This document shows positions 40,901 through 52,900 of a stretch of 64,000 nt of DNA, piece by piece. Below the pieces are notes generated by a model, which was given only the letters and a program-made list of their open reading frames with translations, was not told the origin of the DNA and made no database searches. Each line of letters starts with the position of its first letter. Position 1 is the stretch's first letter. The position numbers and the translations under genes were made by a program. This stretch comes from Antedon mediterranea. Its lineage: Eukaryota; Animalia; Echinodermata. Location of the stretch: positions 14,720,371-14,784,370 of the forward strand of contig NC_092678.1 in NCBI RefSeq assembly GCF_964355755.1, in the 5' to 3' direction.

Positions 40901-43900
40901 AAAAAATAAATATGATGGAAATAACACAGATCAATTAAAATATATTGAATTTACTTCTTGTTAGATATCATCTTTTTAAAGGACCATCACCTCTCTTAAG
41001 CGACCACTACACCTTTATTTAATTTAGTGACAACCACTTTTAAAGAACCACCTCTTGTAAGCATTCATCTCTTTTAAAGGATCACCACACGTAAGAAAGG
41101 TAGTTTCTTACGATAAGAAAGGTAGTTTCTTACGATATATGTGTCACATAATTGTTTAAAGGACATTGGAAACCATAATCATCTTTTGCACTGCAAATTA
41201 TGATTTAATTAGGATTTGCTTGTTAATTAAAATTGTTGATGTATGTTGTTATTTTTTTATATCGGGAGTCCTTATTGAAACAAGCTCTAGAGCTTATAGA
41301 GTTATCTTGCTCTCATCCTGCCATTTTATTATATGTATTTATAATACAGTATTGTTGAATGAGCAACAAATAAAAAACAAACAAACGTTCTGCCATTCCT
41401 TATAATTGTATGAGTAAAACGTATGAGTATTCCTGTATCTGAAGTGTTTGTGAACACAATATGTCTTATAATATTCATATTGCATCAGCCACAAAACAAC
41501 AACAACAATCAATCATGTTATCAGTTGTGTATAACAGTATCATTTATAAGAATCTTTATATTTGATGTTTATGATTCCTTCACAGAATGGATACACACCG
41601 ATAACTATTTATCTGGAGCGTGATTATGTTAAATTAGAGATATTGTTCTGTCTGATAACCAATGGTGTATCACCCACATTACCAAAAGAGGTAATTTGAC
41701 AAAAAATTTAAATTGCAATAGTATAGCATACTGGTAATAGTATGCTTAATGATAATTATTATTTTTGCTTCGTTCTTTACCTTCAAACGTAAGAAGGTAT
41801 TGTACTGTATGTGAATTATTATTAACATGATGCAACTTCTCTTGGTATAAATAATACATTTTAGCCACTTTCGAGTAATTTGATTTAAAAATATTTATTT
41901 ATTAAAATATAAAATTTTATATCTTTTTAGGAAGGAATCAATGCTCTACATATACATCTAAGTGGTAGATATGTTAAACCTACGTTAGAAATAGTGACTA
42001 ATCTCATTAAACTTGGTGTATCTCCAACATTACAGAATAAGGTAAAGTACTGTACATAAGAGTGGGTATTATATTCCCGTGATCTAACATTGTGTAATTA
42101 TCGTGTGGGACTCAAACACACCTCAGATCACGAGTGTGGTGTTGTTCATAACTCTATACCTGCACAAGAGTGGTTACAGCAATCAAATACAGTTGGACAC
42201 CACTACTCTACAGCTTATAGAGTTATCATCTTGCTCTCATCCTGTCATTTTATTATATGTATTTGTAATACAGTATTGATGAATGAACAACAAATATAAA
42301 ACATACAAACGTTCTGCCATACATTATAAGTATGTATGAGTAAAAAGTATGAGTATTCCTGTATCTGAAGTGTTTTGTAAACACAATATGTCTTATAATA
42401 TTCATATTGCATCAGCCACAAAACAACAACAATCAATCATGTTATCAGTTGTGTCCAACAATAAGAATAAGAATCCTTATATTTTATGTTTATGATATAT
42501 TCACAGAATGGATACACACCGATAAATATTTATCTGGAGCGTGATGATGTTAAATTAGAGATTTTGTACTGTCTGATAACCAATGGTGAATCACCAACAT
42601 TACGAAAAGAGGTAATTTAACAAACATTTTAAATTGCAATAGTATATCATACTGGTAATAGTACACGTATGCTTAATGATAATTGTTATGTTTTGCTTCG
42701 TTTTTTACCTTCAAACGTAAGAAGATATTGTACTGTATGTTAATTATTATTAACATGATGCAACTTCTCTTGTTATAAATAATACATTTTAGCGACTTTC
42801 AATTAATTTGATTTAAAAATATTTATTTATTAAAAATATAACATGTTTTATTTTTTTAGGAAGGAATCAATGCTCTACATATACATCTAAGTGGTAGATA
42901 TGTTAAACCTACGTTAGGAATAGTGACTAATCTTATTAAACTTGGTGCATCTCCAACATTACAGAATAAGGTAAAGTACATAAGAGTTGGCCTATATTCC
43001 CGTGATCTAACATTGTGTAATTATCGGGTGGCACTCAAACACACCTCAGATCACGAGTATGGTGTTGTTCATAACTCTATACCTCCATCAGAGTGGTTAC
43101 AACAAGCAAATACAGTTGGACACCACTAAAGTTCGTGGTACCAAGATTAAATCTCTAAATAGGAAATGAAAATATATATATATTTTTAATTATCCGCATT
43201 CTTTGTTTAATTTAATTTGTTATTGTATGAAATAAGTACGTGTGATTTATAATGAACTTGAGAGAAAAGTGCCTTACGTACGTCTTCAATATTATGTAAT
43301 AATATATCTTCATATCACATAGCATGAGGTAATAGGGATAGAGATAATTTATATACAAGATAAAAAAAATAAATAAGATGGAAATAACACAGATCAATTA
43401 AAATATATTGACTTTACTTCTTGTTAGATATCATCTTTGTAAAGGACCATCACCTCTCTTAAGCGACCACTATCCCTTTAATTAATTTAGTGACCACCAC
43501 TTTTAAAGAACCACCACCTCTTGTAAGTGTCCATCTCTTTTAAAGGATCACCACACGTAAGAAAGTTGGTTGCTTACGATGTGTCACATAATAGTTTAAA
43601 GGACATTGGAAACCATAATCAATTCAAATATACACTTAAACACATTTTCTGCATTGCAACTTATGATTTAATTATATGATTAAAAAGTATGAGTATTCCT
43701 GTATCTGAAGTGTTTTGTAAACACAATATGTCTTATAATATTAATATTGCATCAGCCACAAGACAACAACAATCAATCATGTTATCAGTTGTGTCCAACA
43801 ATAAGAATAAGAATCCTTATATTTTATGTTTATGATATATTCACAGAATGGATACACACCGATAAATATGTATCTGGAGCGTGATGATGTTAAATTAAAT

Positions 43901-46900
43901 ATATTGTACTGTCTGATAACCAATGGTGAATCACCAACATTACCAAAAGAGGTAATTTGACAAACATTTTAAATTGCAATAGTATATCATACTGGTAATA
44001 GTACACGTATGCTTAATGATAATTGTTATGTTTTGCTTCGTTTTTTACCTTCAAACGTAAGAAGATATTGTACTGTATGTTAATTATTATTAACATGATG
44101 CAACTTCTCTTGGTATAAATAATACATTTTAGCGACTTTCGATTAATTTGATTTAAAAATATTTATTTATTGAAAATATAACATTTTATATTTTTTTAGA
44201 AAGGAATCAATGCTCTACATTTACATCTAAGTGGTAGATATGTTAAACCTACGTTAGGAATAGTGACTAATCTCATTAAACTTGGTGTATCTCCAACATT
44301 ACAGGATAAGGTAAAGTACATAAGAGTGGGCATATTATATTCCCGTGATCTAACATTATGTAATTATCGGGTGGGACTCAAACACACCTCAGATCACGAG
44401 TGTGGTGTTGTTCATAATAATAATAATAATAATAAATGAAAACTTATATAGCGCCGGTATCCTCCACCCATGTGGCGCTCATGGCGCTTTGTGCATTAAC
44501 AACGTGCGAGAACATCAGCGAATAGCGACGTCTTTAGGTTGGTCTTGAAACTGTTTAGACTAGTTGAGCATTTAACTGTTGCTCGTAAGCTGTTCCATAC
44601 ACTTGCGGCCGCAACGTAAAAAGATCTCTGACCCCACTGATTTTTCGCTCTACGCTCTTGAAGAAGGTTTTGTGACAATGATCGAAGGCCTCTGCGGGAT
44701 GATTCGTAACGATCCACAAGGTCAGATAAATAAGCAGGAGCACTGTCATTTAGGATCTTGAATACAAACAACGCAAGTTTGTACTTAATACGTTGTTGAA
44801 CAGGCAACCAATGCAAATCCATCAGGACAGGAGTTATGTGAGCGTTTGATTTTGTATAAGTTACAATTCTAGCTGCCATATTTTGCAAGCGCTGCAAACG
44901 TTGTTTTTGAGATTTTGGTATGCCAAACAACAAGGCATTACCAATGTCAATTTTAGAAGTGAAAAATGAGTGTACAATCAATTCAGCTGTTTTCTTGTTA
45001 AGATTACCGCGAATACGACCAAGGTTCCTAATCGATATGCATGCTGCTTTGGATACAGTTGTTATTTGTGCTTCCATAGTGAGATTACTATCCAGCATGA
45101 TTCCCAGATTCCGGACCACCGATGAGGGAGCGATGTTAGAGTTTCCGATTCTGATATGTGTGATGTTGATTTTGGAGATGTTACATTTAGACCCGACGAT
45201 AATAAACTCTGTCTTTCCATCATTCAACTTTAGGTAATTTGTTGTCATCCAATTGCGAACATCTTCTATACAGGCTTCCATCTTACTGATTGCTGCAGCA
45301 ACATCCCTTTGCACTGGATTTACTGACACATAAATCTGTGTATCATCTGCATAGAAATGGAAATGTAGACTGTGTTTGCGAATAATGTCACCAAGGGGAA
45401 GCGTATAAATGGAAAACTGGCCAGGCCCAATTACTGACCCCTGTGGTACACCATATTCCAGGCAAGCTTCATCTGAGAATGCATCATTGATACAGACTAG
45501 CTGTTATATTATTATATGAGTAAAAAGTATGAGTGTTCCTGTATCTGAAGTGTTTTGTAAACACAATATGTCTTATAATATTCATATTGCATCAGCCACA
45601 AAACAACAACAATCAATCATGTTATCAGTTGTGTCCAACAATAAGAATAAGAATCCTTATATTTTATGTTTATGATATATTCACAGAATGGATACACACC
45701 GATAAATATTTATCTGGAGCGTGATGATGTTATATTAGAGATATTGTACTGTCTGATAACCAATGGTGAATCACCGACATTACGAAAAGAGGTAATTAGA
45801 CAAACATTTTAAATTGCAAAAGTATATCATTCTGGTAATAGTACACGTATGCTTAATGATAATTGTTATGTTTTGCTTCGTGTTTACCTTCAAACGTAAG
45901 AAGATATTGTACTGTATGTTAATTATTATTAACATGATGCAACTTCTCTTGGTATAAATAATACATTTTAGCGACTTTCGATTAATTTGATTTAAAAATA
46001 TTTATTTATTGAAAATATAACATTTTATATTTTTTTAGGAAGGAAGCGATGCTCTACATATACATCTAAGGGGTAGATATGTTAAACCTACGTTAGGAAT
46101 AGTGACTAATCTCATTAAAATGGGTGTATCTCCAACATTACAGAATAAGGTAAAGTACATAAGAGTGGGCATATATTCCCGTGATCTAACATTATGGAAT
46201 TATCGGATGACACTCAAACACACCTCAGATCACGAGTATGGTGTTGTTTATAACTCTATACCTGCATCAGAGTGGTTACAGCAAGCAAATACAGTTGGAA
46301 ACCCCTAACTTTCGTGGTACCGAGATTAAATCTCTAAAAAAGAAATGAAAATATATATTTTTTTAATTATCCACATCGTTTGTTTAATTTAATCTGTTAT
46401 TGTATAAAAAAAGTACGTATAATTTATAATGAACTTGAGAGAAAAGTGCCCTACGTATGTAAAGTAGTAAAGTCGAAACCTAAGCTAATGCTAACGGCCT
46501 TGGTGCCCATCTCCATTTCCTTAGCGTTTGGGCCAGGGTCCACTAAGTGTGTGTGTTGCAGGGGTATGCAACTCCTCCCACACAAACGAGTCTGATTTAC
46601 CTTCCCAGTAATTTTAACATACCGGTACCCATTTCTATCACCAGAGCATAAGCACCAGCAAAACCTTTTATTTTAATTTATTTGTGTATTATTTATCATT
46701 GCATAACTAAATTGATTTTCTGCAATAACCTGTATGTATAATTTTTTTATAACTCTATACCTGCATCAGAGTGGTTACAGCAAGCAAATACAGTTGGACA
46801 CCACTAACGTTCGTGGTACCGAAATTAAATCTCTAAATAAGAAATGAAAATATATATTTTTTTAATTACCTTCATCGTTTGTTTAACAAATATAAAACAA

Positions 46901-49900
46901 ACAAACGTTCTGCCATTCCTTTGTGTGTATTGTTTATCATTTTCTAACTATAATTATTTTCTGCAATACACTGTTTGTATAAACTTCATGATTATAATTT
47001 CTTTAAAGGACGGAAACACCCCGCTGCATGAATACATGCGTTCAAATGAACCTATCTTAGAAGTAGTAGACTATCTCACGAAGCAAGGTGCATCCTTTAC
47101 AGCACTAAATAAGGTAATAATTATATGGCTACAGATAAGTTATATGATTACACCTAACGTCGGCAAAATTATGTTTATTTATCTATGGTTTACCCCATTT
47201 AAAAATGTAATGTTTTGGTGTGATTTCACTTACAACAATGGCATAAAAATAATCAATAAGGATACGAATAATTATGACCGGAAGAACACGCCGCGAAATG
47301 TTCAAACGTTTCTATTACAGTACGAATACTACTTTCAATTACAATTATCTCATATTTTTGCATCTTCCATAACACTCAATATCTCCTTACCACAATGCTA
47401 ATTTTCCAATAGATTCCAATATATTCATGGTATGTGCTACTGTTATTGTTTACGTTTAATAATAAACTTCGTCATAATAATTTTTTTCTCTATAGGACGG
47501 AAACACCCCGCTGCATGAATACATGCGTTCAAATAAAGCTACCTTAGAAGTAGTAAACTATCTCACGAAGCAAGGTGCATCAATAGCAGCACTAAATAAG
47601 GTAATATAAGTCTAGAAATAATATATATGATTACACCTATAACGTACGTATGATCTGCGCCGCAAACGTATCTTATCCACTTTATTTTATATCATATTAC
47701 AATTGATTGAGTTATTTAGAATTACTTGCTGCAATAATTATTTAGTATTAATTAAACAAGATCCTACAGTTATTGTGAGTTTCGTATATTGACTATGTTT
47801 TATGTGGACATGTCATTATAAAAGAGCAGAATTTAGAATTATGACAGAAAGCAATGTTTACGTTAACCTGTATGCATAAACTACATGATTATGATTTCTT
47901 TTATGATTCTGTAAAATTACAATATAAGAGACAATTGATATAATTCGGTCTACGTTCACAGGATATGCACAAGAAAAACGTTTTATTTAAATTTATTTGT
48001 GTGTATTGTTTATCATTATCTAACTATAATTATTTGCTGCAATACACTGTTTGTATAAACTTCATGATTATAATTTCTTTAAAGGACGGAAACACCCCGC
48101 TGCATGAATACATGCGTTCAAATGAACCTATCTTAGAAGTAGTAGACTATCTCACAAAGCAAGGTGCATCCGTAACAGCACTAAATAAGGCAATTCCACA
48201 TGTTACTCGAAAATTCGGAGTATTTCCATGAATTGAATTATAATGCCTTAGCAAATAGAGTAGCAAATACTGTACCTACTTCGGTTTACTGGCACCAACT
48301 TGTCGCTTTTTTTCGGACTGCAACAAACATGTGTCATTATTATTGCCTGTCGTATTAATGTTGGTCCAGACGTTTTATAGATTTGCTTTAACCACCATGG
48401 AGGTTTATACCTCCATGCTTTAACGTTGAGCAGTATAATGACCTTATACATTCTGGGTAAAAGGCCAGCGATAACTTTTTGGTTATAGTTGAAAAACAAC
48501 ACTGTGTGTGGTCGATGACCTAGCTCCCGGCGGGATCATGGCCAACGGTTTTTTAAAGTAATCATTCAAAATCTAGACTGTGTAAGTAAAAGACACCTTT
48601 CATCGCAATTTATATATTAAATGCTTCAATAGGCCTAGTAAGATTAGTCTAATATAATGTCGAAGGAAGACGCTTTGTTGAAGATCCAAGAAATAGTTGA
48701 AGAAGTGGCCAACATTTTAACAGGTTCGTAGGCCTAAATAATAATTATATTTTAATCTGCCAGCAGTCTAGGCCTAGCCTAGGCCTCCTTCCTAGTTAGT
48801 AATACTGTAGGCCTGGAACTAGTAGGTTAAGGCTAGCCTACTATGCCTGTACTGACGGACAGGTGTATAGGTTTAGCTTAGAATTTTAGTTCAGACATTG
48901 ACAGAGGGGACAAATATTGTCGGACCTATTTCAGCTAGGTATAAGGAAGGCCTAATAAAAGATAATATAATTATAATGTAACAGTTATTTTGTAATGTAG
49001 CCATGAAATATCTACGAAGGATTATATTATATACACATATTCCAATGAGAAATATAATGACATTTAAAAACACTTCTTTATATTTAATTAATTGTACACA
49101 CTAAGTGATCCCCGAAGTAATCACATCGATATTGAAACTTAATGTTTTTAACTCTAAATTAAAAAAAAAACATACTAAAAAAACAAACAAAAAACATACG
49201 TACTGCATAACTAAAATTGTTATATTAAATTTCTTTTTAAAAAACGGTGTTATTTACATTATCTTAAATTATTTTTTAGGTAATTGAAGAAGTTCGAAAG
49301 ATACTTATTACTAGGCAAAGAGGAATGAAAAACAAAAGAAAGCTTTTTAAAAAAGTGCTTAGCAAATTTTTCCAAAGAAGCGAATAATATAGTTTATTTT
49401 GGTATTTTAAAGAGAAACACCAGTGCTCCATCTGGTAAGTACAGTGTATGTTTTTGTACTTTTATCTATTCATAAATAGTTTTATAATGGACCAATGGTA
49501 GTGAGTAAAATACGTGTACATATTGTGTACGTATTTTTAACAGCTTGGTTCGACTCAAGCTAGTGTCATGCACTCCTCCCTTTGACAACTAAAATTAAAT
49601 AAATGACTTATGAATATTAATTTTTGACAGATTAATGCTCTCCTGGCCAGCCCACCCTTTCCCCTTCCTTTTACATTGACTACCTACAAAACTGTAGGCT
49701 ACATTAAAAATTTGAGCTACAGTATATCAAGTTTATGTCCATACATTATTCCACTCATTTAAATAAATTTATATAATATAATGTTTTCAATTTGTTATTT
49801 TTGGTTAGGTTCAAAGATAACCCATATGTTGTCAAATCTGTCAAACATATTTGTTGGGAAAAACTCATCAAAAAAAGTCTGCCGACCTTGAAGGTATTTA

Positions 49901-52900
49901 GTGTTTTTTTAAATTTAAAATACAAGTAATATTATGTACAAAATATCTTAAAGTGTTTTTTTAAAATCAAATTTATCTTAGCTTAAAATTCGAGGTATAT
50001 ACTATGTTTACAATAATTTATTAAAATCAAACAATTAAACAAAATTTACATTTAATTGTATGATTGTTATTATAAACATTGATACGGAATAAAAACATCA
50101 ATCAGGATTGAGCACCGTTTTGCGTATTGTCTTCCTAAATAGTAATATTAAAAATAAATTTAGACCCTAATAATTTAACTAAAAATAATAGATACAGCCA
50201 GGCCTGTCTTTGGGATCGGTATAAACAGGGCAAAGTTTGTGATTAAAAAGTTCAAATGCATATTCCACCCACCCTTATGTCTTATAATGTAAAATTATTC
50301 TTACCACCGTTCTAATATTGCGTCATGTTTTTGTGTTTACCGCCCCAGATATAGGACTCTAAAACCACACCGTACCCAATTAGTTGATGATGTTACACAT
50401 ATTTTAAATACAGTAATAACTAAAACTATATTAATCTCTTTTCATGTTTAGGAACATGAATAAAGATCCAGAATCCTGGTCTTCACGCCGATCAGGTAAT
50501 ATGCCGGTATTGCTTTTGGACACCGAAATGGCCTACATTAAAGTTGAGCAAACAATTCTAACTACAAAGAAAGCAAAATTAGATGAGGCTCTAGTTACTC
50601 TCCTCTCCACTTTTTACCTTCTGGATTTCAATTATCCAAAATGAAAAGAAGTAGGCCTCACTATCCTTTAACAGTTAGTGATTTGTGATGAAGACACACC
50701 TGTACACTTGACAAAGGCTGTTGAATCATCATTAGTATACATTAATAAATTTAATTAAAGACACCTAATAGTTTAAAGCCCATGTGCGGAGAAGAATTTT
50801 ACGAAATTTGTATTTTACCATTTTAATGTTTTTAAGTTTTCTTTTGATGGCATTTTATTATTAATAAAAACAAGTTTGTTTTAAAGAAGTTGTATATATT
50901 ATTGTACCTAATGTCATGTAAATTGTAGTTCTTAATGAAAATAACAGTATTGTTAATATTATGTTTTATAACATTCTTGAATTTATTTGTTTAAGTAAAA
51001 TATTACTTAAAATGAGTATTCATTTATCGTTCTTAAAATAAATTTTTAATGATTTATATTTTATAGAATTCTTGTTTCAAGCAATTTTTTCCCAATATAA
51101 GTAAGAATTTACGAATTTTAATTTGATAGAATTCTTGTTTCAAGCAATACTTTTCTTAAAATAAGTAAACATTTACTGGTTTTTATTTGATAGACTTCTT
51201 GTTTACTTATTTAAAAAAAAGTTTTGCTTGAAACAAGAATTCTACAAATGAAAATCGGAATATTCTTACTTATTTTAAGAAATATATTGCTTGAAACAAG
51301 AAAACTAAAAATATAAATCGGAATATTCTTACTTATTTTAAGAAAAATATTGCTTAAAACAAGAATTCTAAAAAATACAAATCGGAATATTCTTACTTAT
51401 TTTAAGAAAAAAATTGCTTGAAACAAGAATTCTACAAATAAGAATCGGAATATTCTTACTTATTTTAAGAAATATATTGCTTGAAACAAGAATTCAAAAA
51501 ATACAAATCGGAATATTCTTACTTATTTTAAGAAAAATATTGCTTGAAACAAGAATTCAAAAAATACAAATCGGAATATTCTTACTTATTTTAAGAAAAA
51601 TATTGCTTGAAACAAGAATTCAAAAAAAATACAAATCGGAATATTCTTACTTATTTTAAGAAATATATTGCTTGAAACAAGAATATTAAAATTAAAAATC
51701 GGAATATTCTTACTTATTTTAAAAAAAATATTGCTTAAAACAAGAATTCTAAAAAATACAAATCGGAATATTCTTACTTATTTTAAGAAAAATATTGCTT
51801 GAAACAAGAATTCTACAAATAAAAATCGGAATATTCTTACTTATTTTAAGAAATATTTTGCTTGAAACAAGAATTCAAAAAATACAAATCGGAATATTCT
51901 TACTTATTTTAAGAAAAATATTGCTTGAAACAAGAATTCAAAAAATACAAATCGGAATATTCTTACTTATTTTAAGAAAAATATTGCTTGAAACAAGAAT
52001 TCAAAAAATACAAATCGGAATATTCTTACTTATTTTAAGAAAAATATTGCTTGAAACAAGAATTCAAAAAATAAAAATCGGAATATTCTTACTTATTTTA
52101 AGAAATATCTTGCTTGAAACAAGAATTCAAAAAAATACAAATCGGAATATTCTTACTTATTTTAAGAAATATATTGCTTGAAACAAGAATTCTATAAAAT
52201 ACAAATCGGAATATTCTTACTTATTTTAAGAAATATATTGCTTGAAACAAGAATTCAAAAAAATACAAATCGGAATATTCTTACTTATTTTAAGAAAAAT
52301 ATTGCTTGAAACAAGAATTCTATTTTAAAAAATCGATAAATTGTTATTTATTTTAAGGCAGATACTGCTTAAAACAAGAATGAAAAAAACAATTAAATTC
52401 TTGGTAAGAATATTGTTCTTAAAGTATTATTTCTTGGTACTACTATCTTCATCTCCTATATGCGGAACATTATTTGGATAATAGAACAAATCATACATCT
52501 ACACATAATCAAGCATCGTATACTCTATCTCTAACAATATTTCAATCTTTTATCAACTAAAGCTGAAGTATAGTCGTTATCTCGGAACCGTCCTATGGTT
52601 ACCACCAGGTAGGCTTGCTTCATCAAGGCTTCTATGAATGGATGTACTGGTTGGGAGCAGAAAATCTAGTAGACCATACCCAGTACCGTTTTGATTACGA
52701 TCAATCGGGAATTTACCTCACAACATTTAAACACACATATGGTTGATGTGCTAATACTAAATTGTATATATATATTTTTTTGTCGCTTCGCTCGCGTACC
52801 ATCTAGGTCGTGCCCACAGATGGTTCTCGAATACACAGCAATTTCAGCGTAAAAAAATGCTTTTTTTTAATGTACGTACTACAGGATGATAATAATTATT

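Larger units (their letters stand above)
48191..52440 (+). mobile_element. EnSpm/CACTA-like element, internal and right part
   Basis: 48191-48242 is identical to 63949-64000; carries a decayed accessory gene and a 63-bp subterminal array; terminal TIR not seen. Confidence 0.72.

Noticed and set aside
4959-45500. RTs near a variable repeat array read as a DGR or retron system
   Set aside because: All RTs are ordinary decayed LINE or Gypsy types with their own TSDs or tails; no template/variable repeat pair with adenine-specific changes was seen
46844-48231. ORF-track proteins of 185 aa and 88 aa as standalone genes
   Set aside because: They are ankyrin exons read through into intron sequence; the same applies to the repeated ORFs at 41-46 kb
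51225-52320. Possible CRISPR array or repeat-protein ORFs ([12 protein letters not shown]...)
   Set aside because: Head-to-tail 63-bp units with no unique spacers and no cas genes; the ORFs are by-products of a unit length divisible by 3
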